Assembly: GCA_013265495.1 (NCBI GenBank)
Contig: MU058198.1
Coordinates: 1,624,419 to 1,688,418, forward strand
DNA length: 64,000 bases
Source: Vicugna vicugna
Taxonomy: Eukaryota
Reading direction: 5' to 3'
Below are positions 43,001 to 55,000 of this stretch, piece after piece (the stretch's first letter is position 1; every line of letters begins with the position of its first letter). The notes below the pieces were generated by a model, which made no database searches, was not told where the DNA came from, and was given only the letters and a program-made list of their open reading frames with translations. Made by a program: the position numbers and the translations under genes.

Positions 43001-46000
43001 GTCTGACCAACTCCAAAGCCTATGTTCTAACCTATGTTCTTTACTGTCCTCCTAGGCTAGGACTGAATACATATGTAGAAACCTAGGTTCTAGTCTTTAA
43101 ACTGTTCCATCGCATCTGAGTTTCAGTCTCCCTTTTGGTTCAATGTCAATAATAAAATCAATGCCAGATGTCCTACCCATCTTATGGCTCTGGTCATTTA
43201 AAAGCCATGGGTTCCCTATGTATCCTTGGGAATTTAGGAGGCAGAGACCTCAGTCCTATCTGGGTTCACGCGACCAAGGGCACAGCTCCTGAATGTGCAG
43301 GTGGATGGTTACGGGACCACTTTTCACTCCCAGTCCCATCTCTCCATCCCATAACCATTTCCCCCAAACATTGTGAATACTATGTAATTCACAGGTATCT
43401 CCAGATGGAAAAAGGCTCTGAAACTTGGCTTGTAGAGAGCATATTAGATTTTCCTTTAGAACCTGACCCTTACAAAACTCGAACTTGGTTCAATAAGCCT
43501 TCAAGAGGCATTTCTTTCCTTTTAAAATATGCAGAAGCAAGAAGCCCTGACCTCCTTGAAGGTGGGATTGTATTAAGATGATAAATGGAATCTACCTATT
43601 TATAAAAGGACTCTGCATTTGAAAGTGACTTTCCCAGGAACACCAGGCACAAGATTCAAAGACAAGCATCTAAGAACTATTCAAGTCCCTAGATAATTCT
43701 TCTTTTTTGTCTAACAATAAGATTTTCTTTGTTTGATTCAATTCCTGTGGATAGGAGTATGGAATTAGTATGGACTGACATACGCACACACGTGAAAAAC
43801 AGCTCTCCTGATACCTTTACTTAGTGGTAGGGTTGCTAACTCTCCTTCCCCTAGCTCCTTATCCATAAAGATGTAAACATGCACATAAATTTGCATGCAC
43901 ACACACATGACATCGGACTTACGGGGCAAGTCTGCGTAGTCCATCAGGAACTCCAGCCTTTCAACCGCGTCTCTAAGTTGCTTCCTGAGTTTGAACACGG
44001 TGACATCACTGGATTTCTTTAAGAATTCAATGAGGGATACTAGCTCCCGAGTGTTGGCAGGGATCTCACTGACTTTGTCTGCAATGATGCTGTACTGATT
44101 ACAGATGCTGCAAGGAAAGAAACAGGGACCATCACCACCACCATCATCATCAGTCACCACCACCTAAAATAACTTTCTTACTAGACCCACTATACTAAAC
44201 AGACATGCTTCCTATGTGGAGACTAGAACAATGTTTTCTGACTTTTCTCTACCTGGAAATTCTTGATGGATAATATTCATATACACACTGTATTTCAGGA
44301 ATAATGACAGTAGAAATGGCAATAATATCTGACATGTACTATGCCCTTTACAGTGTGCCATGTCCCATTCTCATCACTGCATGACTACTAGCTCATTTAA
44401 TCTCCACAACAATTCTAAGAGGCAGGAACTATTATTATCAACATTTTATAATGGAAGAAAGACAGGCTGAGTAACTTTATCCAAAGCAACATGTAGCTAT
44501 CAGAGCCAGGATCTGAACCTGGTTTACTTGATTCCAAACCTTACACTCTTAACAGGTTTACCATGGGTAAAATACAGATTTACACCAAAAGAATAAGAAC
44601 ACCACCACCACCAACAGCCACAACCGTTCAAATTTTATGTTGAAGTAGAATTACTTCATTTATAATTAATTTATAATCACTGCTCTTAACAGTACATCAG
44701 GAAGTTTATCCTCATGTGCTGCAGGTAATTTCCTGGAGGCACAGAGAACTTTATGTTCAAATACTGGGACCACTAGATCTAACTGCCCACTTATCCTCAA
44801 ACACAAGGCTGTGAAAAAGAATGTTATTATGGTCATAATTTGAATATCCTCTAATTTATACAAAAGCTAATGAATGACAGTCTTCAGCATTTTAACTACA
44901 ATAAGGGACAAATTATTTGCAATGTATCCATGCCTAGCACAGAGTGGCCCTCGAGAAGTGTTAGCAACAATAGCTGCCATAGTTTTTGTTATCATCGATC
45001 ATTCCATGTTGATGGTCATACACCATAGAAAGATAAAAATCACTCCTCTTAATGTTTTCAGTCCTTGATATTCCTTCTTAATGTATGACGACCCCTTCTG
45101 TAATGAAGTTAACTGTATCTAACTGATGAGAAAATGATTAAAACATTTTTGCAGATGATCCTGGGGTGTTAGAAATGAACTTTTACACAATTCAGAAGCT
45201 GTGTGTGGAGAAAACTTATTTACTGTGCTGCGTGAATTCAGAGTATTCTCCACTTTTGAACTCAGAGCTAGGTAATAGTTCCCAGCCTCCTTTGTATTTT
45301 CGGTTGCGTATTTTACCAGTCAGCTTGGGCTACCATAACAAAGCATTATAGACTGGTTGGCTCAAACAGCAAAAATTTATTTTCTCACAGTCTAGAGGCT
45401 GGGAAGTCCAAGGTCAAGGTGCTGACTTACTGGGTTCCTAGTGACTTGCAGGCAGTTGCCTTCTCACTGTGTCCTCACCTGGTGGGAAGGAAGTAAGCCC
45501 TGTCTCTTCCTCTTCTTGTAAGGTCTTGTAAGGGTTTTCTGCCCTGGTTCCTGGCACAGAGCCCCTGAAACCCTTCCAATTTCATGGGTGATGAGAGTGT
45601 CTTTTGTTCTAATGAGGTTACTCAGGGTGAGCTTCTAGATGGCCTCTGGATGAGGAGCTGGTCACTGGAAAGACCAAGCCATCATTAGAAGCTTGGAGCA
45701 AATTAATTGAACTCAAGGGCTGTGAAGTGGCAAGGGTGAGGTTTGGGTTCAGAAGACTCAAGCTCACCTAATTGGGCAAGTTAGGTTTTCTTTCTGGGCC
45801 TCATCTTGTCCTCCATTCAGTAAGATGTCTTATATCTGTTTTACCTACCTCATGCAGTTACTGAGAAGGTCAAATGAGTCAGAATTTGGCTCATTTTTAA
45901 GGTGGAAAGAAACTTCAAAACTCAGCCACTAACTTGAGGTTTCTACATCCTTAGAAATCCCTGGGTTTGTAATAGGACCTCTGCTTTTACTTACATTAAA

Positions 46001-49000
46001 AAGGTCAAAGGAAATTACACATTTATTTTGATGACAGTGAATGCACTGAACAACCAAGGCACCATGTTGCTTGGCTTTGACAGTTAACAAATGCTTAAGA
46101 AAAAAAAAAAAAAAGAACTGCTTGATGCTCAGACTTTCCAAAGGAAAGTGTTCTTGTAGTCTGAAGGCTGAAAACCTTTTACTGTCCAAGTATCAAATGT
46201 TTACGCTATAGGCAAAGAAACTGAAGATCCAAGAGGTGAAGCCAGGGGACACACAGGTAGGAAATGGAAGGTCTTGAATTCAAAACCAAGTCTTCTAGCT
46301 CCCAAACCAGGAATCCCACCGTTTATAGTTACTCAGCGAGAAAGCTGAGTGCAGTGGTGGGGAGTATGGACTTCTGGGTCAAAATGAACAAGGTTAAGCC
46401 CTGGATGTGCCATTTGCTGACCTCTTGGAGCTCAGATTCCACATCAACATAATGAGGGAATAGTGAACAGCCTTTTAGGTTGTTGTAAAGACCTGATTAG
46501 CTCTCAAGTGTTCAGAATGTTTACACAAGTCCTGGGCTACAACGTATGCTGAAAAAATGGTAGCTATTACCATCATTAATTTGCTGATGACTTTCTGATA
46601 TGTAGTTTGAAAACCTTAAAGTGTTATAAAATGCTAAACTTATTTTATCTACATATATATGAATAATATATATGACAATATTAATAGTGGTCATTAGCAC
46701 TAAACCATCTTGGTCTACAGTCTAAAGCTCTCTGGAGGAAAAGAAGTAACATAACACAGACTAACTATTTTGTAACATTCAAATAGAGACAGAGTAGCAG
46801 ACAGGTGCTGTCCCAGCCTCTTAGCATCATTGCCTCTTCTTTAACCACAGCCTAAGTCTTTTCGGGGTATCCCCTCTTTCTCTTCCTTGGTTCTCATAGT
46901 CTAGGTAGGGCTACATCCACCCCAGGGATGGGAACACTACCCAGATCTAAGCCATCCGCTTGGCTACGGTGTTTGCCTTGGTGTTGCCCAAACAACGAAG
47001 TCAGACCAGTGTCACACCAGAAATCTTTCTGTTCCTCTGGGAATGGGAACCTCGGAGGATGTAAGTCTGGAGCTGCTGGGGACCACAAACTGGAGAGAAC
47101 TTATCAGACAGCAGAGCTGACACAGAGGACAGCCAAGGAGAGGGAAAGAGATTGTGTCCTAAATGCAGTGTTGAGGGCCTGAAGCTTGTAGCAACTCCCG
47201 AACTTTTCAACATGAGAGCCCCAGATTCCCATTTTCACATTAGCCAGTCTGGCCTTCTATCCCTTACAACCAAAAATGTCTTGACTAATAGATAGTCATC
47301 AGTAAAATGAAGGTAAAATATAGAGTCTAAGGGTGAATGACAGAGCTCCCAGACCCAGACAGTAGAAATCTGGATGGAAGTGATTCTAAGGGCTGCCTGC
47401 AAGCACCCTGTATCTTCAAATGTGTGCTAGGTGGCCAGTGAGAAGGTCTGTGACCTCAAACAGTCAGGTAGTCTCTCTCCGAAGTTGCCTGCAAGAAAGC
47501 AAAGGCTGAAGGGTCAGAGATGAACTGCCTCAGGATGCTTTCCACCTTCCTACTCCAAGTCCCATGTGGTTTCCTCCTTGCTGTGCACCGTCTGACCTGA
47601 ACCTCAATTCCCTGCAACCCTCACTTGGGGGCAGAAACAACTTGAACTAGAAGTTCAGTCTGGTCATTGCTGGCAGGTACAAGTTCTGCCCACTTTTCCA
47701 TTCTTCCACTGGTGCCAAATAACATGCCTATTTCTCTGCATGCAACAATAATGATACCTGGTATTGGTGTCCCGGTTTACATCCACTTGGAATTGAATCA
47801 GACGGTCTTTAAGATTTTGGGCTCGCTCACAGAGATCATAATTTAGGGTCATGGTATCAAGGCAGAACATGGCCAAAGGCACGGTAATGTGCATGGATGC
47901 AATTTCATTTCTCCGCTTTTTTATGCTATTGATCCTCTGTAGAAACAAATAGATGCAGTGGCTTAATTTGCCTTTAGTCTCTATGCAATTTGCCCCCAGC
48001 CTCAACCTCAGCCAACCCAGTCTAATGTTGAGCTCAGTATATACACTAATGAAACACACTGACTGCTTATTGGATTGTCATGTCACCAAGATATGCAATG
48101 TCAAGCAGCATCTCCTACCGTCACAAAATCATCAAGGCCATGATTTTCTTTCAGGAACGCGGTGATGTTTTGCTCTGCCGTGTTATCCAGTAAGTCATCA
48201 TACTTTTTGTATACATTTAAGTATCTTCCGTATTGAAAAGCATAAGATCAAACATACAAATACAGGTCACCAAATCAGATGAATCCGAGTGGTAAATAAA
48301 GAGACAATACCGTAAAAGTTAGCCCAAACTACAAAAGAGAAACATGGCAAATATAACATGGCAAAAGGTACAGTGAACTGGGAATTCAGAACTGTGGCTT
48401 CAAATTCCAGTTTTGCCACTTCCTAGCTGCATGAACTTCGTCAAGATATTTCTCTTTTTCAAAGATCAGCGTCTTTAATTTTAAGTGGAAATGATAACAC
48501 CTCATAGGATTGTTATAAAGCTTAACTGTAATTGTGTATATTTAAAGCAATTAATACTGCGCTTAACATACAGTGAATGTGTAATAAACATTGCTTCCTA
48601 TCCCCACTTCCAGCTCTAAAATTCTATGTCTAAATTTTAAGATAAAAATTTGGAACTAATGAACCTAAAATTTATTGAATAGAATTAAGTTTCCCTCTGG
48701 TATCAGATCATGCAAGAACAGCTGGACAGATTCCCCCCCAAATTGGAGGATGTTTGGGGATGCTCTGGCTTAAAATAAGTTTGAATTAAAATAAAGATGA
48801 TATAGAGTGGGCAGAATTAACTTTGTGGGGGTCCAGTGGCTATTTTTGCAAATATTCATAGTTTTGACTGCAGAAACACCAGTATGTTTAATTAAGGGAT
48901 GCTGACTCAGGTCTTGCTGAAGCTGCGTCATAATATATGAAATATGCATCACATTACTTTTCTGAAATCCAAAAATTTCTGAGTGCCAGAACCTATCTGG

Positions 49001-52000
49001 TGCCATGGCTTTTAGATAATGGAGGTGAACCTGTAACTGAATGTGAATTCTGGGTCTTGTATCTATTAGCTGTACAACATTTGGAAAGTTACAATTTCCT
49101 CAACTGCAAGATGGGGATAAATAGTAATACCTCTGTAAGTAAATGTTAGCTATTCTTATCATGTGTTGTTTCAGGTGTGCGGAAATAGGGATTGTTTATC
49201 TGATGACAGTTAAGAGCACTAAGCCAATGCCAAAATGGCTGGCTAACTTAGTTACAACTAAACCAACTTACTTGCAGGGGCCAACTTGATTTTTCCGAAA
49301 TACTTCGAAAGTTTGATCCACAAAGTCAGAAACCAATTTTTCATCAGCGTTGACGGTTGCAAGAATCAGATTATACCCTTTCAACTCGGGGAACAGGATA
49401 GATTCCACCTAAAGAGTAGAAGCCACTTTTATTTATTAATTTTTTTCAATGGTTCATTTTTTAAAATTGCAGTATAGTAAGTTACAATGTGTCAATTTCT
49501 GGTGTACAGCACAATGTCCCAGTCATGCATATATATATACATATATTCATTTTCATATTCTTTCTCATTAAAGGTTATTACAAGATATTGAATATAGTTC
49601 CCTGTGATATACAGAAGAAATTTGTTTTTTATGAAAATATTTTATTTATTTATTATTGTACTATTCTAATTATTTTTTTATTTTAGGGGGAGGAGGTAAT
49701 TAGGTTTATTTAATTTTAGGGGAGGTACTGGGGATTGAACTGAGACCTCACACATGCTAAGCATACACTCTACCACTTGAGCTATACCCTCTCCCCTAGA
49801 AGCCACTTTTAAATGTTGCAAGACTTCCACAAGATACAGGAAGAAAGATGACACCAAAATGTAAAGTCTCCAGCAAGGGACTCATTTCCAGGGACATCAG
49901 CTGCATTTCTACTCTACTTCCTCTCAGATGGTGCTAGAATCTCCCCACTGTTCCCTTTACCTCTATTCTCTCTCCTCTCCCTCTCGTTGGACTACTCATC
50001 TTTCAAATACTTGCTCATTTTAGGCCTTATGTCCTCAGACAGTCCCTTCTGGGTCCCAGGTAGATGTCAGGTTTCTCTGCTTAAGGCTCACATTCTGAAT
50101 TTTTCCCATTTGGCACTCATCACAACTGTAATTAAATGAATACGTAACAAGCTGTTCTAGGTTTGTCATGGGACATAAATGCCATGGGCCTGGATCATGT
50201 CTGACATCTTCACTAGTGGGAACGGCCTAACAAGAGCTTGGCACATACAGTAAGTACTCAATACACACTGTGTGAGTGAATGATTGTTACTCCCTCCCCA
50301 CGACCGAACACTTTTCCTCTCTGAAGAAAAGCTACTAGACACATGGGTTCTAATTCTAACTCTGCCACTAACTGACTATGTGACCTTCGGTAAGTTACTT
50401 CTCTCCAGATTTCCATTTTCTCATCTGAAGAAAAGGAGAGATATACTAGATTCTCCTCTCAGTTGAGAGGGGAAAAAAAGCTATGTCTTTACGATCTTGA
50501 GGCACAAAAAGTATTCAACTCTTCCAGCTTCATAACAGCATGCGTGTTTCTGAGTTTGTTCTCGGTTGCATGGTGCACGCAGGCTGCAAAGTCCTTGCTG
50601 GACTTTGCCTTGGATTTGTTGGACCCACTGCCTTCTGCTGCCCTCCCTGCTAAGAGACTTTTTAGTGATCCGTCTCACAAAAGGTTCTTCAGAGTGTTTT
50701 ACTGAGTTATAAACAGTTGATGAGAATGCATAAAGGTAGGAAGGAGCAAAAGCAAGTGTAACTGATCTTTGTCCTCCCTCTTTGGACAGTTTGAAGGCTT
50801 TTAAACCGGTGGAGGAGCAGCATCTTTGCCATAGCCATATTGTAGACAGTGTCTGAAAGCAAGGATATGAAGGAAATGGCTTAGGGCCGCACAACTGAAG
50901 CATTCAGGCCATGCGACAGGTCACGGGTGGGTAGGACAGTGGACTGTCTCATGGGAGAAGTCTTCCATCAAAAGGGGAAGCAATACCTCATGTTGCCCTT
51001 TAAACGTGGCTGGTTCTCCCCAGGACTGCAGAAGAGTCTGGTAGAACTGAGCCGAGAACAACAGTGCTGTTTCCAGGTAAGATTACCAATTATGGTTCCT
51101 CTCTGCTTATCTTCCCGGCTCTCTGATCTGGACTTCTTGGTCTTGTCATCACCTTCAGTGCTCACGCCTGCACACTTCTCTGACTCTGGCATTTCTCCGG
51201 CACTTTGCGTGAGAAAATTCTCCCATCGCGAGCGAGACTGGCCCAAGCAGCCCATTCCCTAGTAATATAATTCCTGATTATGAAAGTAATGCATCAACGT
51301 TGCGGCTAATGCTGTTTTAAATTCTGTTTATTGCATTTCCCATTTTAGAAAATCCTTCCCTTATCTCATTCAGCTTCTTTTTATTTATGCCTCTCATTCA
51401 CCTCTTTTCATTACAGTCAGCATTAGACATCCATGTTTTTCTCAGTTTTTTGCTAAGACAAATGTTTTCTAATATCTACTTTGGTTTTCTCTAGCAACTT
51501 TCATACAAATACGCTTTCTTTCTGTACCTTGAGTACTATTCTCAAACATTTCATGCTAACGTCCCCCCCGCCAACTTTTGAAACTCATCTTTAACCATAA
51601 ATAAGGCAGGACTGGTAGGGGCTGGGAGTACTGTCCACCTGTTGCTGTTCTTCGATATTCTCCTTAGATATTCAAACTGAGGGACTATTCTTTTAAAATG
51701 TCACTACCTAGTTCAGAGATAAAACAGAGTGAGGGGGTGCTGGGAGGGAGACAGTGCGACGGGCATCTCTAGATGGAGAACTCAGAGCCTGGGCTGCTTT
51801 TTCTCATAGTCTAATAAAGTCAATGGCATTTACTTGGGCCTGTCTTCAAATATACTACAAACTGTGACCTGTGACTATGTCTTCTGGGCATCACAATCCA
51901 CTAGATCTACCACTAGCCCCTGCTGGGCTATTTGCAGCAGCAGCCACACACACCCTGGGCTCTCCCAGCCCAGCTGCTTGCAAACACTGCTGATCCACGG

Positions 52001-55000
52001 TGGTGAAGGGGAACTTGAGTGGTACGTACTTTATCTGTCCCCAAGCCCCCACACCATCCTTCCAAACTACAGGGCCTTCTCTTTCATTTCCTTCCTAGGG
52101 ATACCAATTGTAGGAGAGCTGCCCACTGTCTCTTCTCCCTCCACACATCAGTTTTCTTGTTAGCCAGACTTTGTTCAAAACCCGAAATTTAGAGTTCTCT
52201 GGTGAAATCAACTGGAGCATGTGGCTTCACATGCTTCCCCACAAACTCCAACTCTAATCGTGAGCCCTTAGAACCTTCTAAGTACAGAACCACAGAGAGG
52301 AGTACTTAAGAGCATCCAAGGCATCATACATAGCGCATGGGGGTGGGGAGAATCCCCCGACAGGTCCCTTCCCTGTACAGGGCTGGACACTGGTCCTCCT
52401 GCCACACCAACCCAGAAGGAAATAGAGGATGGAATGCAAAAGAGTCACACTCATGCGGGTGATCCTGCCTGGTTCTAAAGCCTGCTAGTAAGTGTCTGGA
52501 ATCTAATTAGTAATGTTATCCTGGAAAGAAGACTTGGAGAGGGGCTTGGGTCAGGAAGCGAAGTCTCAATCTCTTCCCTAGAAGCCTACAGTGAGATAAA
52601 CAAACACATATATGGAACGTCACAAACTAAATTAGATGTAGTTTTATGAAAATTCTTGGCAAAGTGCGTAGCAATTGATCCATCATGAATTATTACCCTA
52701 AGCTGGACATGGCTTGTGACACATCTGCCCTTTTGAGGTTGGTATCATGGGGGGAGTCTACTTTCCCACAAAGTAACTCTTGTTAAAAGCACAGTTCTGG
52801 GATATGTGGACATTTCTTTAATTCTCTTTCCGTGCTCAAGAGGATGTACTCAGGATATAGATCCCAAAGTAAAACCCTCCTTTGTACAAATGGCCACTTA
52901 AAATGTATTTTATTCAACACATGAATAAGAATACAAATGAATAATTAAGTGAATACCATACCTTGGGAATCCCCTTAGAGTTCTTAATAATTTCCAAGAA
53001 AGCGTTGTGTATTAATTCCCAGCAGTCATCAAAAGATGGTTTAAAGACAATAATGGGGTCACTGACTTCAAGTTTGATCATGATTAGCTGAGGTATAAAG
53101 AACTCCATCTCTTGGTAGGGCTCCTCAAAATCATTTCCATCCTTCAAGAGACATAAGATACGGCAATAGTTACAAAACAGAACCCTCCAGAATCAAGGGA
53201 GTGAATTTTACCTGTTCATAGACTACATGAGTACCAGAAAAGGAAATGAAAAGTATGGTGTACTATTCATGTTTAAAGTAAGGGCTAGGTATGGCTGAGC
53301 CCACTTGAGCTAACCCCCGCCTCCTTCTTCAAAGCTTTCATTCACTGTGCTTACTTTGCTTGGAAATTCCTTTACCATTATTTCCAAGTCCTTCCCATCC
53401 TTCAGAATTCAGCTCAAAATCCCCTCCTCTGGGAAGCCTCCCTGTTTCCCAGCAAGAAACAATCTCCCACTTCTGAACTTCCATATTTCCACTTCCTCAT
53501 GGTATTTTATCTTTCTCTCATATGGAGATTTACATGCAAATCATATCTTCTCTACTCTAGATGGCAGGATCTGTGTCTGAACCACCTACCTCCACCAAAA
53601 TACCCGAGATAGCATTTAGCACATAGTAGGTGCTCAATAAAAATGTATTAGCTGAATCCAAAAGTATAAATAGTTATCTGTAGACCTCAAATGGACTTGC
53701 TAATCAGCATGTAGTCTGTTTTAGACACTCAAAATGTCAACTTTCCTATGACAGAAATATTGGTGTGGGGGAAATACTTCTAATTTCCCTAATGAAATTC
53801 ACACAGGGCAGCTGTAAAGTGCTTGTCCAAGCAGTTGACTCTAGAGATTTCTTAAATCGGTTTAACGACTGCTGATCAACATTAGTTAAATGTCTACTGT
53901 GTATCAAATACCCATGGATTTCCTTTCTTTCAGACAGACGAAGATTCTACTTTTCCCTTTGAGTGGAATTTGAGAGTGAGACTTGTTCTCACATTGGAGT
54001 TTCTTCTGCCAAGTGAAGCAGACAACTACAGTGTCATGTATAGATTAGTCCACTGCAGATTACTAAGGCTGAGGTCTAAATTCAGCAGTGTCACTTCCAC
54101 ATTTTTGGAGCAAAAAGTAAACTGTTCATTTTCACTTTATTTGGAAAAACGCTTAGAATTTAACCTTTTCCTTTTCTAAGTGATTTAAAATTTTATCCCT
54201 CTTTTTAAGGTAAAATGTATACATGGTATAAAACCCAAAAGAATCTTCCTCGATCCCTAGGTTATCTAAATGTAAGGGATGCTTTGAAAACCAGGATTCC
54301 AGTGTTTCAGTTTTTATTTCAAGTTCATTGAAGTAGTTTCATGAAGGAAATTATTAATGAGGTCAATAGAGCCGATTGTTGTTAGAGTTACCCTTTCAAA
54401 GACCAAAGGACAAAAGTCGTATCTGCAGTAAACACACACAACACTCCCTAAGTATCAAGTCAAAGATTGATAACAAACCCTTTCCAACCCCTTCCTTTAA
54501 TGGAGAGGATTAAAAAAGTGACCATTCCTACTGTAGGAGGTATGTATTCCTTTCTTTTTTTTCAATCTTTCTTTAAATTTTCTTTTTTTTGGGGGGGTGA
54601 TTAGTTTATTTATCTAGTTATTTTGATGGAGGTACTGGGGATTGAACCCAGGACCTTGTGCATGCTAAGCACGTAGTTTAATCGCTGAGCTACACCCTCC
54701 CCTCTCTTTAAACTTTCTTAATTTCTCTAGTTCTATAGATTTTTTTTGTTACCAATATAGCAGTAGGCAATTATCTCAGGAAAGCCTGCTGTGCATTTAA
54801 AGAAAGCATTTTTAAAAACTAATAATCACCTGATAGGTGTTCAAATCAAGAGTTTTACTTTTGGGCCTGGCTCACGGCCGAGGACTTTACATGGTGGAAT
54901 CCCGGGTCTATCTCAGTTCGTTCCACTCAGAAGGCCTTACTGCTGGTCCCCGACATACCTTGTGTATCATGAAAAAGGAAACAAGGTCCTCGAGAGACTT

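Noticed and set aside
50940..51060. Possible bornavirus nucleoprotein-like peptide ([10 protein letters not shown])
   Set aside because: Similarity is limited to a few residues and the rest of the frame does not align.
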